A DNA stretch of 58,643 nt from a virus (IMGVR_UViG_3300036798_000432:1-58643), one strand, 5' to 3'; positions 8,109 to 18,233 are shown, counted from the first letter of the stretch. The notes: generated from the letters alone by a model not told the origin. Translations and numbers: made by a program.

Positions 8109-9281
8109 ATGGCAACCAAACGCGAGGTCATGCTTGGCGGGATTCCCGCCAAGCTCGCCCACATGCTGGCGTCCGATCAGATCTCCAGTGCCGAGCCTCC
8201 CGTGATGGCCGGCGGCCCCGATCAGGCGAGTGCGCCGCTGCTCGAGAAAAACATCGCATATGTGACGATGACCGCCACGGGGCAGGCGGTGCGGCTGCGA
8301 CCGGCGACCGGGCAATACCTGCACTTTGTGCGCAACGGCAGCAGTGCCTTTGGGCCGCTTACCGTATGGCCGGATAGCGACGAGACCTTCAATCTGCATG
8401 CGCCGGGGCAGACCTGGGGCATTGCACCCGGCGGCAACGCGATCTTTATTCCGGCGCGCCGGCAATGGGCGGCGATCTCCGGGCTCAACGATTCGGCGGC
8501 CGGGCAGAGCCTGGTCGGCCCGGTCGGCATCGGCATGCACGCGCCGGCCGATGCCACGCCGGGCGACATGTTTATCGGCGAGGTGCTGTGCATCGCCCTT
8601 GGATTGCGCGGAGTGCAGGCGCCGCCGGCCACCGGGCGGCTGTGCTTTAACGCCTACTTCGACGCCAACGGGGTGTGGCGCTATCTGGCCAACGGGCCGG
8701 CGATGCAGTTGCGCTTTGATGGCAACTCGGGGGCGCTCGCGTTCCACACCGTGCCCTACGGGACGGCCGACTCGCCGATCGGTGCGTGGGACCCGGCACC
8801 ACCCTCGACCCCGGTCGTCTCGGTTGGCCCGACGGCGATGAGCCTCGGGGCGGTCGCCCCCTTGGATGCCGCGCAGAGCTCGTTTTTCGCCAATTACATC
8901 TGCGTGCCGTGGTCGACCGGGATCGGCGGTGCGCTGGCGGCGCGGATCAATCTCAACTGCTACTTCGATCAGTCGCTGGCTTTGCGCTACGCGGCCGCCG
9001 GGCCCGCCTATCGCATCGTCTTCCCGTCAACGGTCGGCGGATTGCCGGGGATGCATGTGCGTGGCGCGCCGGCTGGCACGACCGATGCGGTGGTGGCGGC
9101 ATTTACCGATTTTTTTGCGGCCCTCTCACCCGAACAGCTGACCACCGGCCAGACCAACATCCTGTTGACCACCAACGAGGGCGGCACGATCACCTTTCAG
9201 CAGGTATTGGTCGGCACGCCGTTGGCGGCGGCCGGGGGCGGTTTGCCGGTCGGCGCCCGCGCGCTCTACGTCACGACTTAG
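8109..9281 (+). CDS. Putative head fibre/spike (virion structural protein)
   Basis: N-terminal GIPAKLAHMLASD matches the repeat of the preceding gene. Two copies of FNAYFD...WRY / LNCYFD...LRY, as seen in fibre proteins. Confidence 0.6.
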   Translation: MATKREVMLGGIPAKLAHMLASDQISSAEPPVMAGGPDQASAPLLEKNIAYVTMTATGQAVRLRPATGQYLHFVRNGSSAFGPLTVWPDSDETFNLHAPGQTWGIAPGGNAIFIPARRQWAAISGLNDSAAGQSLVGPVGIGMHAPADATPGDMFIGEVLCIALGLRGVQAPPATGRLCFNAYFDANGVWRYLANGPAMQLRFDGNSGALAFHTVPYGTADSPIGAWDPAPPSTPVVSVGPTAMSLGAVAPLDAAQSSFFANYICVPWSTGIGGALAARINLNCYFDQSLALRYAAAGPAYRIVFPSTVGGLPGMHVRGAPAGTTDAVVAAFTDFFAALSPEQLTTGQTNILLTTNEGGTITFQQVLVGTPLAAAGGGLPVGARALYVTT

Positions 9282-9394
9282 AGCTTAACCGGCAGGGCCG
9301 CTCCCTGCCGGCTACGAGGGAGGTCGCCCCTCCCCAGGCGTGTGTCCCCGAGCGACGCGAGTGTCGGGGATAAACCCTTACCGAGGAGGACATC

Positions 9395-10171
9395 ATGCAG
9401 GGGTATTCCCGGACCTATGACGGTCCGGCGCGGTCGACGCGAGCCGAATTTTACAGCGACGCCGAACGCGACGGCTTTGCCAGCGCCCAGGCCGGCCGCG
9501 ACATCTTTCGCGATGTCGACCTGGTCAAGATCTTTATCCCGGGCTCCGGGACGATCCTGGTCGAGCGGGTCAACGAAGGGCATGTCGAGCGCTGGCCCGA
9601 CGAATTCCGCGCCTTCAAAGCGGGCAAGGAGGCGCCGCTCAGCGGCACGCCGCTGACCGAATGGCCGCTCCTCAAGCGGGCGCAGATCGCCGAGCTCAAT
9701 TACCGCAACATCCGCACGGTCGAGGACATCGCGCTGTTGTCGGATCTGGCGGTGCAAAATCTCGGGATGGGCGGGGTGATGCTGCGATCGCGCGCCAGGG
9801 CGTTTCTCGACGATGCCGAGCACGAGGCGCTGGCGACCAAGCTGGTCACCGAGAACGACAATCTGCGGATGCGGATCTCGACCCTCGAAAACCAGGTCGA
9901 GCAGCTCGGCCAGCAATTGCTGCAGACCACCCGGGCGATCGAGTTTCAGCGCACCCAGCCGATGATGCCGACCTATATCCCGGAGTTGCACGACCCGGTC
10001 GAGGCGGCCAAGCAGCAGCGGTTCAACAACCCGGTGCAGATGACCTCGGCGCTCGATGCTTTTGCCGATATGCCGGAGCGGCCGTTGCGCCTGCCGCGCG
10101 CCGCGGGGGCGGTGATGCCCGAGGAGATCGCGCCGGCAGCGCCGGCTTATGAGCAGCAGGCGGAGGCCTAA
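9395..10171 (+). CDS. Conserved phage protein (GTPLxxWP / RTVEDIA motifs, coiled-coil tail)
   Basis: Strong GAGGAGG SD. Motifs recur in the head-tail region of similar podophages. Confidence 0.8.
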   Translation: MQGYSRTYDGPARSTRAEFYSDAERDGFASAQAGRDIFRDVDLVKIFIPGSGTILVERVNEGHVERWPDEFRAFKAGKEAPLSGTPLTEWPLLKRAQIAELNYRNIRTVEDIALLSDLAVQNLGMGGVMLRSRARAFLDDAEHEALATKLVTENDNLRMRISTLENQVEQLGQQLLQTTRAIEFQRTQPMMPTYIPELHDPVEAAKQQRFNNPVQMTSALDAFADMPERPLRLPRAAGAVMPEEIAPAAPAYEQQAEA

Positions 10172-10184
10172 GCGGGGCTAGCCG

Positions 10185-13010
10185 ATGCCGCAGGACGACA
10201 CCTGGTTTCCGCCGAGCCCGACCAAGCCTTTGCCCGTCCAGGCTTATGATGCTCCGCGGTCGGGCACCGGCGACAACACCTGGTATCCGCCGAGCCCGTT
10301 GAACCCACTGCCGGTGACGATCATCGGCTCGACGCCGATGTTCCCGGAGCCGCCGGACAACCAGCTCTACGGCCGGAGGGGACCATCCGGGTCCGGCGCC
10401 TGGTCATTGATCGCGGCGACCACCGGACCGCCCGAGGCGCCGACCGACGGCGCCATCTATGGCCGGGGCCATGTCGGCACAGCCCAGGCCTGGGCCGCGG
10501 TGGTGCCGCTGACCGGGGCGGTGATGACCGGCGTCTTGACCCTCAACGGCGATCCGCCGACCGGACAGCCCAACGCCGCGGCGACAAAAAACTATGTCGA
10601 CAATGTCGGGGCGACCGCCAACAACGCGGTGCGCCGTGCCGGCGACACGATGACCGGCATCTTGACCCTCTACGTCGATCCGCCGACCGGGCAGCCGATG
10701 GCGGCGGCGACCAAGGGCTATGTCGACAATGTCGGGACGGTGGCCAACGCCGCGGTGCGCCGAGCCGGCGATACGATGACCGGTTTGCTCCTGCTCAGCG
10801 CCGACCCGACGGCAGTCTTAGGTGCGGTCACCAAGCAATACGCCGACGCGATCGGTACCACCGCGAGTGCCGCGGTCCGCCGTGCCGGCGACACGATGAC
10901 CGGGCCCCTCGTGCTGAGCGCCGATCCGACGGCGGTGCTTGGTGCTGTGACCAAGCAATATGCCGACGCGATCTCGACCGTGGCCAATGCCGCGGTGCGC
11001 CGAAGCGGCGACACGATGACCGGGTTGCTGCTGTTGAGCGCCGACCCGACCGCGGTGTTGGGGGCGGTGACCAAGCAGTATGCCGACGCCATCATGGCGG
11101 TCGCCCAGAGCGGGGTCGATATTGCCGGCGATACGATGACCGGACCGCTGATCCTGTCGGGCGATCCGACGGTGGCACTCGGTGCGGCGACCCGGCAATT
11201 CGTCACCAACGGCTATCTGCCATTGGTCGGCGGGACGATTGCGGGGACGCCCGGCTCGCTGGTGATCGGCACTCCGCCGGCCGGGAGCCTCGGTGTCGGT
11301 ACGCTCAACATGAGCGGCCTGCTGCGGGTCAACCTGAACACCGCGGTCCCCAATACCCCGCCCGCCAACACGATCCTCCATCTGACGCACCAGAATACGA
11401 TCGGGCCGCGCGTGGTGCTCGACGGCTATGGCGCGCAAGGCAACCTGACGATCCGCCGGGCGAACGGCACCGCAGCCTCACCCACCGGGCTGATCGCGCA
11501 AGATCCGATCGGCCAGTTCGTCTTTATCGGCTACGGCGCCACCAGCTATTCGGTGGGTTTTCGGGCGGCTATCCAGGGGCGCGCGATCGAGACCTGGGAT
11601 GATACCCACCAGGGGACCTATCTCAATTTTTTGATCACCCCGGCCGGCACCACCGCCAATGTGACGGCGATGACCTTGGGGCCGGGATTGCAGCTCGGCA
11701 GTCCGCCGCCGCCGGATGGCGATCTCGGGTCGGGCTCGATCGACATGAGCGGCCCGCTGCAGGTCAATTTCAATGCGGTGGCGGCGATACCGAACACCAA
11801 CACGCCGCTGCACTTGAACGGCGCCGACAATTTGCCGACGCGGCTGACGATCGACCAGAATGGCGCCAACGGAAATCCGGCCGTGATCTTTCGCCGCAAC
11901 TACGGCACCGGGGCCGCCCCGGCGCCGCCGGTCGCCGGCCAAAGCCTCGGCACGTTGAATTTCCTGGGCTGGGTCACCGGCGGGTTTACGCAAGTCGCCG
12001 CCGCGATCAACGGAAACACCAGCGAGAATTGGAGCCCGACGAACAACGGGACGCAGATCGTCTTTCAGACGACGCCCGCAGGTCAGACCTTCGCCGGCAT
12101 AGCGACCCGGGTGGCGATCGGTCAGGGCCTGATCGTCGGGGCGCCACCCGACGGCGATCTCGGGCCCGGGACGTACAATGGATCGGGTTTGCTGGACGTC
12201 AACATGAACACCGTCGGCGCGCCGCCGCTTGCCACCGGCACCGGAATACGGCTAGTCGGCATCGACAGCACCTCGCCGCGCTATGTGGTGGATGCGTTTG
12301 CCGGGGCTGGTCAATTTCGCTTCCATCGCACCGATGGCAGTAATGCCTCGCCGTCCGGGGTGGTCAACGGTGATTCGCTTGGTGTCGTTGCCTGGTTCGG
12401 CTATGTCCCCGGCACCCCGGGGAGCCTGTCGGCCAGCCGAGTCATGGTCGGTGGTGTCGCGGCCGAAACCTACGGGGCGACGAACCAGGGCACCAACCTG
12501 CAATTTTCCACCACACCGCTCGGCGCCACCGCGCCGACGGTGGGAACCATGCTGCTCGACGGCGCCGGCAATCTGACGATCCTCGGCGCCACCGCGACCA
12601 AGCCTGGCGGCGGCAGCTGGGCGCTACCGAGCTCGCTCGCGGTCAAAAAGAACATCGAAAGCTATACCCGCGGGCTCGACGAGCTGCGTCAACTGCAGCC
12701 GATCTCGTTCGAGTACAACGGCGAGGGCGGCACCGTGGTCGACGGCAAGCGCTATGTCAGCCTGGCGGCCGAAGCGGTCGGGCCGCTGATGCCCGAGCTC
12801 GTCAGCGAAGATGTCATCCGCCGCTATCACGCCAGGGACCCGGACGGTGGCGAGCTCGAGGTGGCCGAGCATCGGACCATTTTGCTCGATCCGAGTGCCC
12901 TGACTTACACGTTGATCAACGGGGTGTGCGAGCTCGATCGCCGCCTGGCCGAACTCGAGGCGGCGGTGCGGGTTCTCTCGAGCAGCGGGGAGCGGCTCAA
13001 TGGCACGTAA
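10185..13010 (+). CDS. Tail fibre 1 with 40-aa repeats and C-terminal S74 chaperone/peptidase domain
   Basis: Foldon-like PEAPTDGAIYGR; GDTMTG-L-L-x-x-DP...TKxYxD repeats; KPGGGSW-LPSSLAVKKNI (Ser/Lys dyad)...LQPISFEYNG. Confidence 0.9.
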   Translation: MPQDDTWFPPSPTKPLPVQAYDAPRSGTGDNTWYPPSPLNPLPVTIIGSTPMFPEPPDNQLYGRRGPSGSGAWSLIAATTGPPEAPTDGAIYGRGHVGTAQAWAAVVPLTGAVMTGVLTLNGDPPTGQPNAAATKNYVDNVGATANNAVRRAGDTMTGILTLYVDPPTGQPMAAATKGYVDNVGTVANAAVRRAGDTMTGLLLLSADPTAVLGAVTKQYADAIGTTASAAVRRAGDTMTGPLVLSADPTAVLGAVTKQYADAISTVANAAVRRSGDTMTGLLLLSADPTAVLGAVTKQYADAIMAVAQSGVDIAGDTMTGPLILSGDPTVALGAATRQFVTNGYLPLVGGTIAGTPGSLVIGTPPAGSLGVGTLNMSGLLRVNLNTAVPNTPPANTILHLTHQNTIGPRVVLDGYGAQGNLTIRRANGTAASPTGLIAQDPIGQFVFIGYGATSYSVGFRAAIQGRAIETWDDTHQGTYLNFLITPAGTTANVTAMTLGPGLQLGSPPPPDGDLGSGSIDMSGPLQVNFNAVAAIPNTNTPLHLNGADNLPTRLTIDQNGANGNPAVIFRRNYGTGAAPAPPVAGQSLGTLNFLGWVTGGFTQVAAAINGNTSENWSPTNNGTQIVFQTTPAGQTFAGIATRVAIGQGLIVGAPPDGDLGPGTYNGSGLLDVNMNTVGAPPLATGTGIRLVGIDSTSPRYVVDAFAGAGQFRFHRTDGSNASPSGVVNGDSLGVVAWFGYVPGTPGSLSASRVMVGGVAAETYGATNQGTNLQFSTTPLGATAPTVGTMLLDGAGNLTILGATATKPGGGSWALPSSLAVKKNIESYTRGLDELRQLQPISFEYNGEGGTVVDGKRYVSLAAEAVGPLMPELVSEDVIRRYHARDPDGGELEVAEHRTILLDPSALTYTLINGVCELDRRLAELEAAVRVLSSSGERLNGT
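10510..11210 (+). repeat. About six tandem ~120-bp (40-aa) coding repeats in tail fibre 1
   Basis: Recurring GGCGA(C/T)ACGATGACCGG...ACCAAG...TA(T/C)G(C/T)CGAC. Confidence 0.9.
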
Positions 13011-13326
13011 GATCGAATTGCGCACCACCACCATGCTGGTCAAAAACGATGCCGGCGGCCCGGTCGCGCTCAAGTGGGGCGACATGATGGTGACCATCCT
13101 GCGCACCGCACCGCAGGGCGGGGTCAATCTCGATCAGATGGTGCGCACGGTCGAGGCGATGCGGCCGATCACCAAGGCGATCGACGAGGAGGCCGATTGT
13201 GTGACCCTGACCGACGAGCAATACCGCACCCTGCGCGAGCGCCTCGATCAGCACAATTTCGGGATCTCCGATCCGGCGATCGTCGAGTTCGGTCTGGCGA
13301 TCCGCAACGCTTCCGAGATCACCTGA
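13000..13326 (+). CDS. Putative tail-fibre assembly protein
   Basis: Overlaps the fibre stop. GVNLDQM...VTLTDEQYRTL pattern is common after fibre genes. Confidence 0.55.
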   Translation: MARKIELRTTTMLVKNDAGGPVALKWGDMMVTILRTAPQGGVNLDQMVRTVEAMRPITKAIDEEADCVTLTDEQYRTLRERLDQHNFGISDPAIVEFGLAIRNASEIT

Positions 13327-13500
13327 TGGCGGCCGCCGATGTGTTCCAAAAACCTCTAGGAAGGCCGCTGGTGAGCAAGTCGCGGCGGCGGGCAATCACG
13401 CGGGCGATCCAGCCGGCGTGTACGGGCGCCCCGGAAATCGGGTGCCACGTCGAAAATTTCGGCGAAGTCGTGTTTCACGTGAAACGGAGAGGAGGATCTG

Positions 13501-13758
13501 ATGCAAACCGTCCGCTTTTTTGAGGATCGCAACGGCCCCGGTGGCAGCCGCCGGCTGATGGTCGGGATCGCCAGCTGCGACGAGGCCTGGGCGGTCGACG
13601 GCGGCCGCCGCGAGGCGGTCAAGGTGGCGACCACCGAGGATGCCCAGGATTATGCCGCGGCCTATGCCGCCTATTACGAGAGTTTCGCCGCGGCCGGCGC
13701 TCATGGCGAGGCGGTCACACCGGAGCATGCCGGGGTGACCGGCTCGCGCGATGGCTGA
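13501..13758 (+). CDS. Hypothetical protein
   Basis: GGAGG SD, 85 aa, coupled to the next ORF. Confidence 0.7.
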   Translation: MQTVRFFEDRNGPGGSRRLMVGIASCDEAWAVDGGRREAVKVATTEDAQDYAAAYAAYYESFAAAGAHGEAVTPEHAGVTGSRDG

Positions 13759-13981
13759 GGCCGAGGGCGACCGACTGCTGGCCGAGCTCGTCGAGGCGAG
13801 CCTCGGCGGCACCCGCTCGAGGCGCGCGCGGCTGGCGGTGACCGCCGACGAATATCTGCTCGTCCGCCAGCATCTGCTGGAGCGCGACGGGCGATTTTAC
13901 GGCCGGGTGCGCAACGTCCCGCTGGTGGTCGCCGATGACGCGGCCAAGCCGCGATTTGTGATGGAGGCAGCTGATGCCTGA
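13751..13981 (+). CDS. Hypothetical protein
   Basis: Start and stop overlap its neighbours. Confidence 0.6.
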   Translation: MAEAEGDRLLAELVEASLGGTRSRRARLAVTADEYLLVRQHLLERDGRFYGRVRNVPLVVADDAAKPRFVMEAADA

Positions 13982-14258
13982 CAGCCAAGCGAAGACCAAA
14001 GCCGGCAAACAGCGCTTTGTTTCGAAGGCGATGGGCGAGTTCAAGTCGGGCGAGATGAAGAGCTCGTCCGGGCAGCCGGTCAGCGACCCCAAGCAGGCGA
14101 TCGCGATCGCGCTCAATCAAACCGGCCAGTCGAAGCCTAAACGCAACGGGAACGGCGGCCCGAAACGTAACGGGAATTCGGGAAAAGGCGGCTCCTCCAA
14201 TGCGAATTCGCGGATCGCCGGGAGGCTGACCGACCGCCTGGCGGCGCACGACCGGTGA
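13974..14258 (+). CDS. DUF6496-like small basic protein
   Basis: KAMGEFKSGEMKSSSGQPVSDPKQAIAIAL. GGAGG SD. Confidence 0.75.
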   Translation: MPDSQAKTKAGKQRFVSKAMGEFKSGEMKSSSGQPVSDPKQAIAIALNQTGQSKPKRNGNGGPKRNGNSGKGGSSNANSRIAGRLTDRLAAHDR

Positions 14259-14455
14259 GCCGAACGGCGCGGGGTATCCTGGCCGAGGCGGTGCGCTGGT
14301 ACGAGAACGCCGCCTTTGTCTTCAAGACCGCCGGCATGGAGCCGAAAGAGCCTCCGGCTTGGGTTGTCGCTGCCCGAAAAGTGGGGGTGCCAAATGACGA
14401 TTGTAGCCTATCGCGAGGGAGTGCTGGCGACCGACAGCCAGGCGACCAATCATGA
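14255..14455 (+). CDS. Hypothetical protein
   Basis: GTGA overlap with the upstream stop; also overlaps the next gene. Confidence 0.4.
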   Translation: MSRTARGILAEAVRWYENAAFVFKTAGMEPKEPPAWVVAARKVGVPNDDCSLSRGSAGDRQPGDQS

Positions 14456-14870
14456 CGGGGTGATCTCCGGCTCGGTGCGCAAGATCTGGGTGCGCATGGA
14501 TGGTGCGCTGTGCAGTGCGGCCGGCGGCACCGGCGATATGGGCAGCTTTGCCGCCTGGTTTCTCGCGGACAGCAAAGAACAAGGGCGCTGGCGCGGACGC
14601 AGTAAAGAGCACGGGTTTTCCGGGATCATCGTCGAACCCGACGGTCAGGTCACCCTCTACGACATCGACGGGCAGCCCTATCGCATGGATGCGCCGTTTT
14701 ATGCCCGCGGGGTCGGGTCGGAGCTGGCGATCGGTGCGATGGCGATGGGGGCGACGGCAGAGCAGGCGGTCGAGATCGCTTGCCGCTATTCGACCTATTG
14801 CGGCGGCCCGGTGCAGGTCGAGCGCCTGCCGCCGCAGGCCTGTCTCGATACCCGGCGCGGAGACAAGTGA
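14394..14870 (+). CDS. Ntn-hydrolase, proteasome-beta/HslV-like protein
   Basis: M-T-IVAY...LATDSQAT (N-terminal Thr nucleophile), RKI, GVGSELAIGAM..GATAEQAVEIA...GG. Confidence 0.8.
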   Translation: MTIVAYREGVLATDSQATNHDGVISGSVRKIWVRMDGALCSAAGGTGDMGSFAAWFLADSKEQGRWRGRSKEHGFSGIIVEPDGQVTLYDIDGQPYRMDAPFYARGVGSELAIGAMAMGATAEQAVEIACRYSTYCGGPVQVERLPPQACLDTRRGDK

Positions 14871-16087
14871 TGTCGCTGCAGACGATCTGCGTCAACGTCG
14901 CCCAGGACCTCGGTATCGACGAACCGACGCCGCCGATTTTTGGCTCGCGATTGCCGGCCGCCAAACGCCTGGTCGCACAAGCCCGCCGGGCGTTGCGGTC
15001 GCTCTCTTGGCGGGCGAGCTGGGCGAACCTCGTCATCGAGCACCAGTTCACCGCCAACGGCCAAAGCGACTATGCGTTGCCGGCGGATTTTCTGAAGGTG
15101 ATCAACGATACGGTGTGGGAGCGCACGCGCTACTGGGCGATGCGTGGGGCATTGTCGCCACAGACCTGGCAGCGCTATCGCAGCTCGATCTATGGCCGGG
15201 CGACGATCTGGCGGCGCTGGCGGATTCGCGTGCCGTCCGGCGAGAATGTCGGCTCGCCGGCCATGTTCTCGATCGATCCGCTCGTCGCGGCGACTGACTT
15301 CACCTCGCAATTCGTCTTCGAATACCAGTCGAGCTATACCGTCCAGCACGCCGACGGGACGCTGTCGGCGGACTGGACGGCCGACACCGACACCTCGATC
15401 CTCAGCGAGTTCCTGATCGAGCTCGGGACCCGCTGGCGGATGCTGCGCCGGCTCGGGCTCGCTTATGACGACGAGCGCGACGAATACGAGCGCGAGGTCG
15501 ACAAGGCGGTCGCGAGAAGCGGCGGGATGATGACGCTCAACCTGGTGCCGTTTCAGCGTGAGGATTTTATCGGCCAATATTCGCTCGGCGCCTTCCCGCC
15601 GGTCGGCACGCCGCCGGTGGCCGCGGGGCCGGCGATGATGCCGCCGCCGCCATTGCCACCCGACATTGCTCGGCTGATCGCACCGATGGAGCGCCCGGAC
15701 TGGCTGCCGCCGCCCGACCTCAGCCGGCCGCCACCGATGCCGCCGCGGCCGCCGGTGCGGCTGGCACCGAGTGCGGCGGAGCTGTTGGCGCGCGCCCCGC
15801 CCCAGCCGGTGATCGCCGCACCGCAGGTGCGCCGTTTGCGCTGGCGGCACCAGGCAGCACTGACCCAGCCGATACCGGCACCGGTTACCGCGCCCTTGGC
15901 AGCACCAACCGTGCCGCTCGATCCCGAGCTCGCCGCACGCCAGCCCGGCACACCCTATCCGCCGGCCGATCTGGCGCGCCAGCTATGGTCGCCCGCACCA
16001 CCGGCTCGCCGCGAATACCTGGATGGCGGTCCGGGTGATCCGTTGGCGCCAAAGCCGCCAGAGCCGCAATTGCCGCCGGGGACTTGA
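14870..16087 (+). CDS. Head-tail adaptor (T7 gp11/P22 gp4 position) with long Pro-rich C-terminal extension
   Basis: MSLQTICVNVA..LG, YALPADF, W.R.RYWAMRG.LSPQ.WQ, LIELG..WR....GLAY. Gene order supports the call. Confidence 0.75.
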   Translation: MSLQTICVNVAQDLGIDEPTPPIFGSRLPAAKRLVAQARRALRSLSWRASWANLVIEHQFTANGQSDYALPADFLKVINDTVWERTRYWAMRGALSPQTWQRYRSSIYGRATIWRRWRIRVPSGENVGSPAMFSIDPLVAATDFTSQFVFEYQSSYTVQHADGTLSADWTADTDTSILSEFLIELGTRWRMLRRLGLAYDDERDEYEREVDKAVARSGGMMTLNLVPFQREDFIGQYSLGAFPPVGTPPVAAGPAMMPPPPLPPDIARLIAPMERPDWLPPPDLSRPPPMPPRPPVRLAPSAAELLARAPPQPVIAAPQVRRLRWRHQAALTQPIPAPVTAPLAAPTVPLDPELAARQPGTPYPPADLARQLWSPAPPARREYLDGGPGDPLAPKPPEPQLPPGT

Positions 16088-16091
16088 ATTC

Positions 16092-17732
16092 ATGGCGATG
16101 GGACAGCGCCAGGCCGCCTTGTTGCAGCAGGCCGCGAGCCCGGGGATCATCCAGCCGATCCCGGTGCCGGCACCGGTCAAGGGGTGGAACACCAGGGACC
16201 CATTCGAAAACATGGACCCGCAAGACGCGGTGACCATGGACAACATGCAGCCCGACTATGGCGGGGTGATCCCGCGCGAGGGCTCGCAGATCTATGACCA
16301 GCACGCCAGTGTGCCGTCGAGCCCGGTCACCAGTCTTCTGGTATGGCGCAGCGGCAACCAGACGCAATTGCTCGCCGCGGGTGCGGACCGGATCTGGCGG
16401 GTCGGGCAAACCGCCGATCTCGGCACCGGATTTGGCAGCGCCTGGTGGTCCGGCGTGATGTTCAACGGCAAGCTCTTTCTGGCCAATGGGCGCGACCCGC
16501 TGCAGGTCTATGACGGCACGACATTGGCGCCGGCCGCCTTTGCCGTCGATCCGAGCCCGCCGGCTGGTTCGGCGATCTATCCGCCCTTTAATCTGTCGAC
16601 GATCGTCGGTCTGGCGGTCGCGCACAATCTCTTATTCATGTGGGACGGGCATTCGCCGGGGTTCTGGTACACCTCGGTGCCCTATGCGATCACCGGTGCG
16701 GTCATGCACTGGTTCCCGTTCGACATGGTGACCCCGGATGGCGCCAATCTGGTCGGGGTCCAGACCCTGACCTATGACGGCGGGCAGGGCATCATGAGCT
16801 ATGCCTGCTTTTTTCTGTCGTCTGCCGAGATGCTGATCTACTCCGGCACGAACCCCGACATCCCGCTGTCGTCGAGCACCACCGGCTGGTCGTTGCAGGG
16901 GATCTATACGGTGGCGCAGCCGGCTTTTGGCGAGACCACATTGCCGCGGGCGATGTGTCGCTATGGCGGCGATGTCTACATGATCTCGAGCACCGACTAT
17001 GTGAAACTGTCGCAGGTCATCGCCGGGCTAAAGGAGGGCGTCGTCCCGCCGCGCTCAAAGGCCTCGGGGGCTTGTCTGGCGGCGACCTCGCAAGGCCGGA
17101 CCTTGGATGGCTGGCAGATCGTCTACTGGGGCGGCGGCCGGCGTCTCATCGTCAATGTGCCGTTGGTGGCGCCCGACCCGGCCTATCACAACGCGAACTT
17201 CGAGCAGCACGTCTACAACACGGGTTTGGATGCGTGGTGCCGCTATCGCGGGCTCAACGCCTATTGCTGGGCGACCTGGGACGATCAGATCTTCTTTGGT
17301 ACGGTCGACGGCATCGTCAAGCAGTTCGGCACGGCGACCGGCGACGAGCAGCCCGACACGACCCAGTTCCCGGTCGACGCCTTCACATTGCAGGCCTGGG
17401 GATTGATGGGCACCGCGCACAACAAACAGGTCGCCGCGGTCAAGCCGGTGATCCGCTCGGCCGCGGCGGTCTACTACGAGTTTGGCATCGGCTTTGACTA
17501 CAATGTCCCGGACACGCCGATCGCGGTGCAGCACTTTGGCTCGCGCACGCCGTGGAACACGACACCCTGGGGCACACCCTGGGAGCGGCCGACCGAAACC
17601 GACAGTCTGTGGTACGTCGCCGGCGGCGATGGTGCGGCGATCAGTATCGGCATGCATTTGCTGACCAATAACGAGGACACCTGGGTGTGGTCGCGGACCG
17701 ACTACCGCGTCAATCAGTCGACCGCTTTGTAA
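16092..17732 (+). CDS. Tail nozzle/stabilisation protein (T7 gp12/P22 gp10-like)
   Basis: PAPVKGWNTRD, beta-propeller-like FNGKLFLANG, QHVYNT...AWCRY.G. About 546 aa, after the adaptor. Confidence 0.8.
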   Translation: MAMGQRQAALLQQAASPGIIQPIPVPAPVKGWNTRDPFENMDPQDAVTMDNMQPDYGGVIPREGSQIYDQHASVPSSPVTSLLVWRSGNQTQLLAAGADRIWRVGQTADLGTGFGSAWWSGVMFNGKLFLANGRDPLQVYDGTTLAPAAFAVDPSPPAGSAIYPPFNLSTIVGLAVAHNLLFMWDGHSPGFWYTSVPYAITGAVMHWFPFDMVTPDGANLVGVQTLTYDGGQGIMSYACFFLSSAEMLIYSGTNPDIPLSSSTTGWSLQGIYTVAQPAFGETTLPRAMCRYGGDVYMISSTDYVKLSQVIAGLKEGVVPPRSKASGACLAATSQGRTLDGWQIVYWGGGRRLIVNVPLVAPDPAYHNANFEQHVYNTGLDAWCRYRGLNAYCWATWDDQIFFGTVDGIVKQFGTATGDEQPDTTQFPVDAFTLQAWGLMGTAHNKQVAAVKPVIRSAAAVYYEFGIGFDYNVPDTPIAVQHFGSRTPWNTTPWGTPWERPTETDSLWYVAGGDGAAISIGMHLLTNNEDTWVWSRTDYRVNQSTAL

Positions 17733-17741
17733 GCCACCCTG

Positions 17742-18233
17742 ATGCGCGGCCTGCCGACGAGGATTGTCGTCGGCTGGGATGCCGATGTCGCCGAATGGGT
17801 GCGCCAGCGGGTCAGGCCACCGGTGGAGACCTGGGGCCCGTGCTGGGCGATCGGTATTACCCGCGACGGCGTGGCGATTGCCGGCATCGTCTACAATCTC
17901 TACCGGCACCCGATGATCGAGGCCTCGATCGCCTCGACCGATCCCAGCTGGTGCTCGCGCCGCAATCTGGCGGCGATCTTTGCCTTCCCGTTTCGCCAGC
18001 TCGGCTGCACCCGCATGGGGGCGTCGACTGACGCCGAGAACTTCGAGGTCAGGGGATTCCTCGAGCGTCTCGGCTTTCGTGAAGAAGGTCTTCTGAAATC
18101 CGCATTCCCGGGGCGTCGCGATGCCGTGCTCTACGGCATGACGCCCGAGGAGTGCCGTTGGCTAAGGAGCCCGGGGGAATGTCCAAAGGTGGTGGCAGCG
18201 GCGGGGGAGGCGGCAGCACCCAGCCCGCAGTAA
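17742..18233 (+). CDS. GNAT-family acetyltransferase-like virion assembly protein
   Basis: IFAFPFRQLGC.R...N.....FLERLGFREEG. Sits in the T7 gp13-like position. Confidence 0.8.
   Translation: MRGLPTRIVVGWDADVAEWVRQRVRPPVETWGPCWAIGITRDGVAIAGIVYNLYRHPMIEASIASTDPSWCSRRNLAAIFAFPFRQLGCTRMGASTDAENFEVRGFLERLGFREEGLLKSAFPGRRDAVLYGMTPEECRWLRSPGECPKVVAAAGEAAAPSPQ

Noticed and set aside
10510-11210. Regular repeats as a CRISPR array
   Set aside because: They are degenerate coding repeats with no unique spacers and no cas genes.
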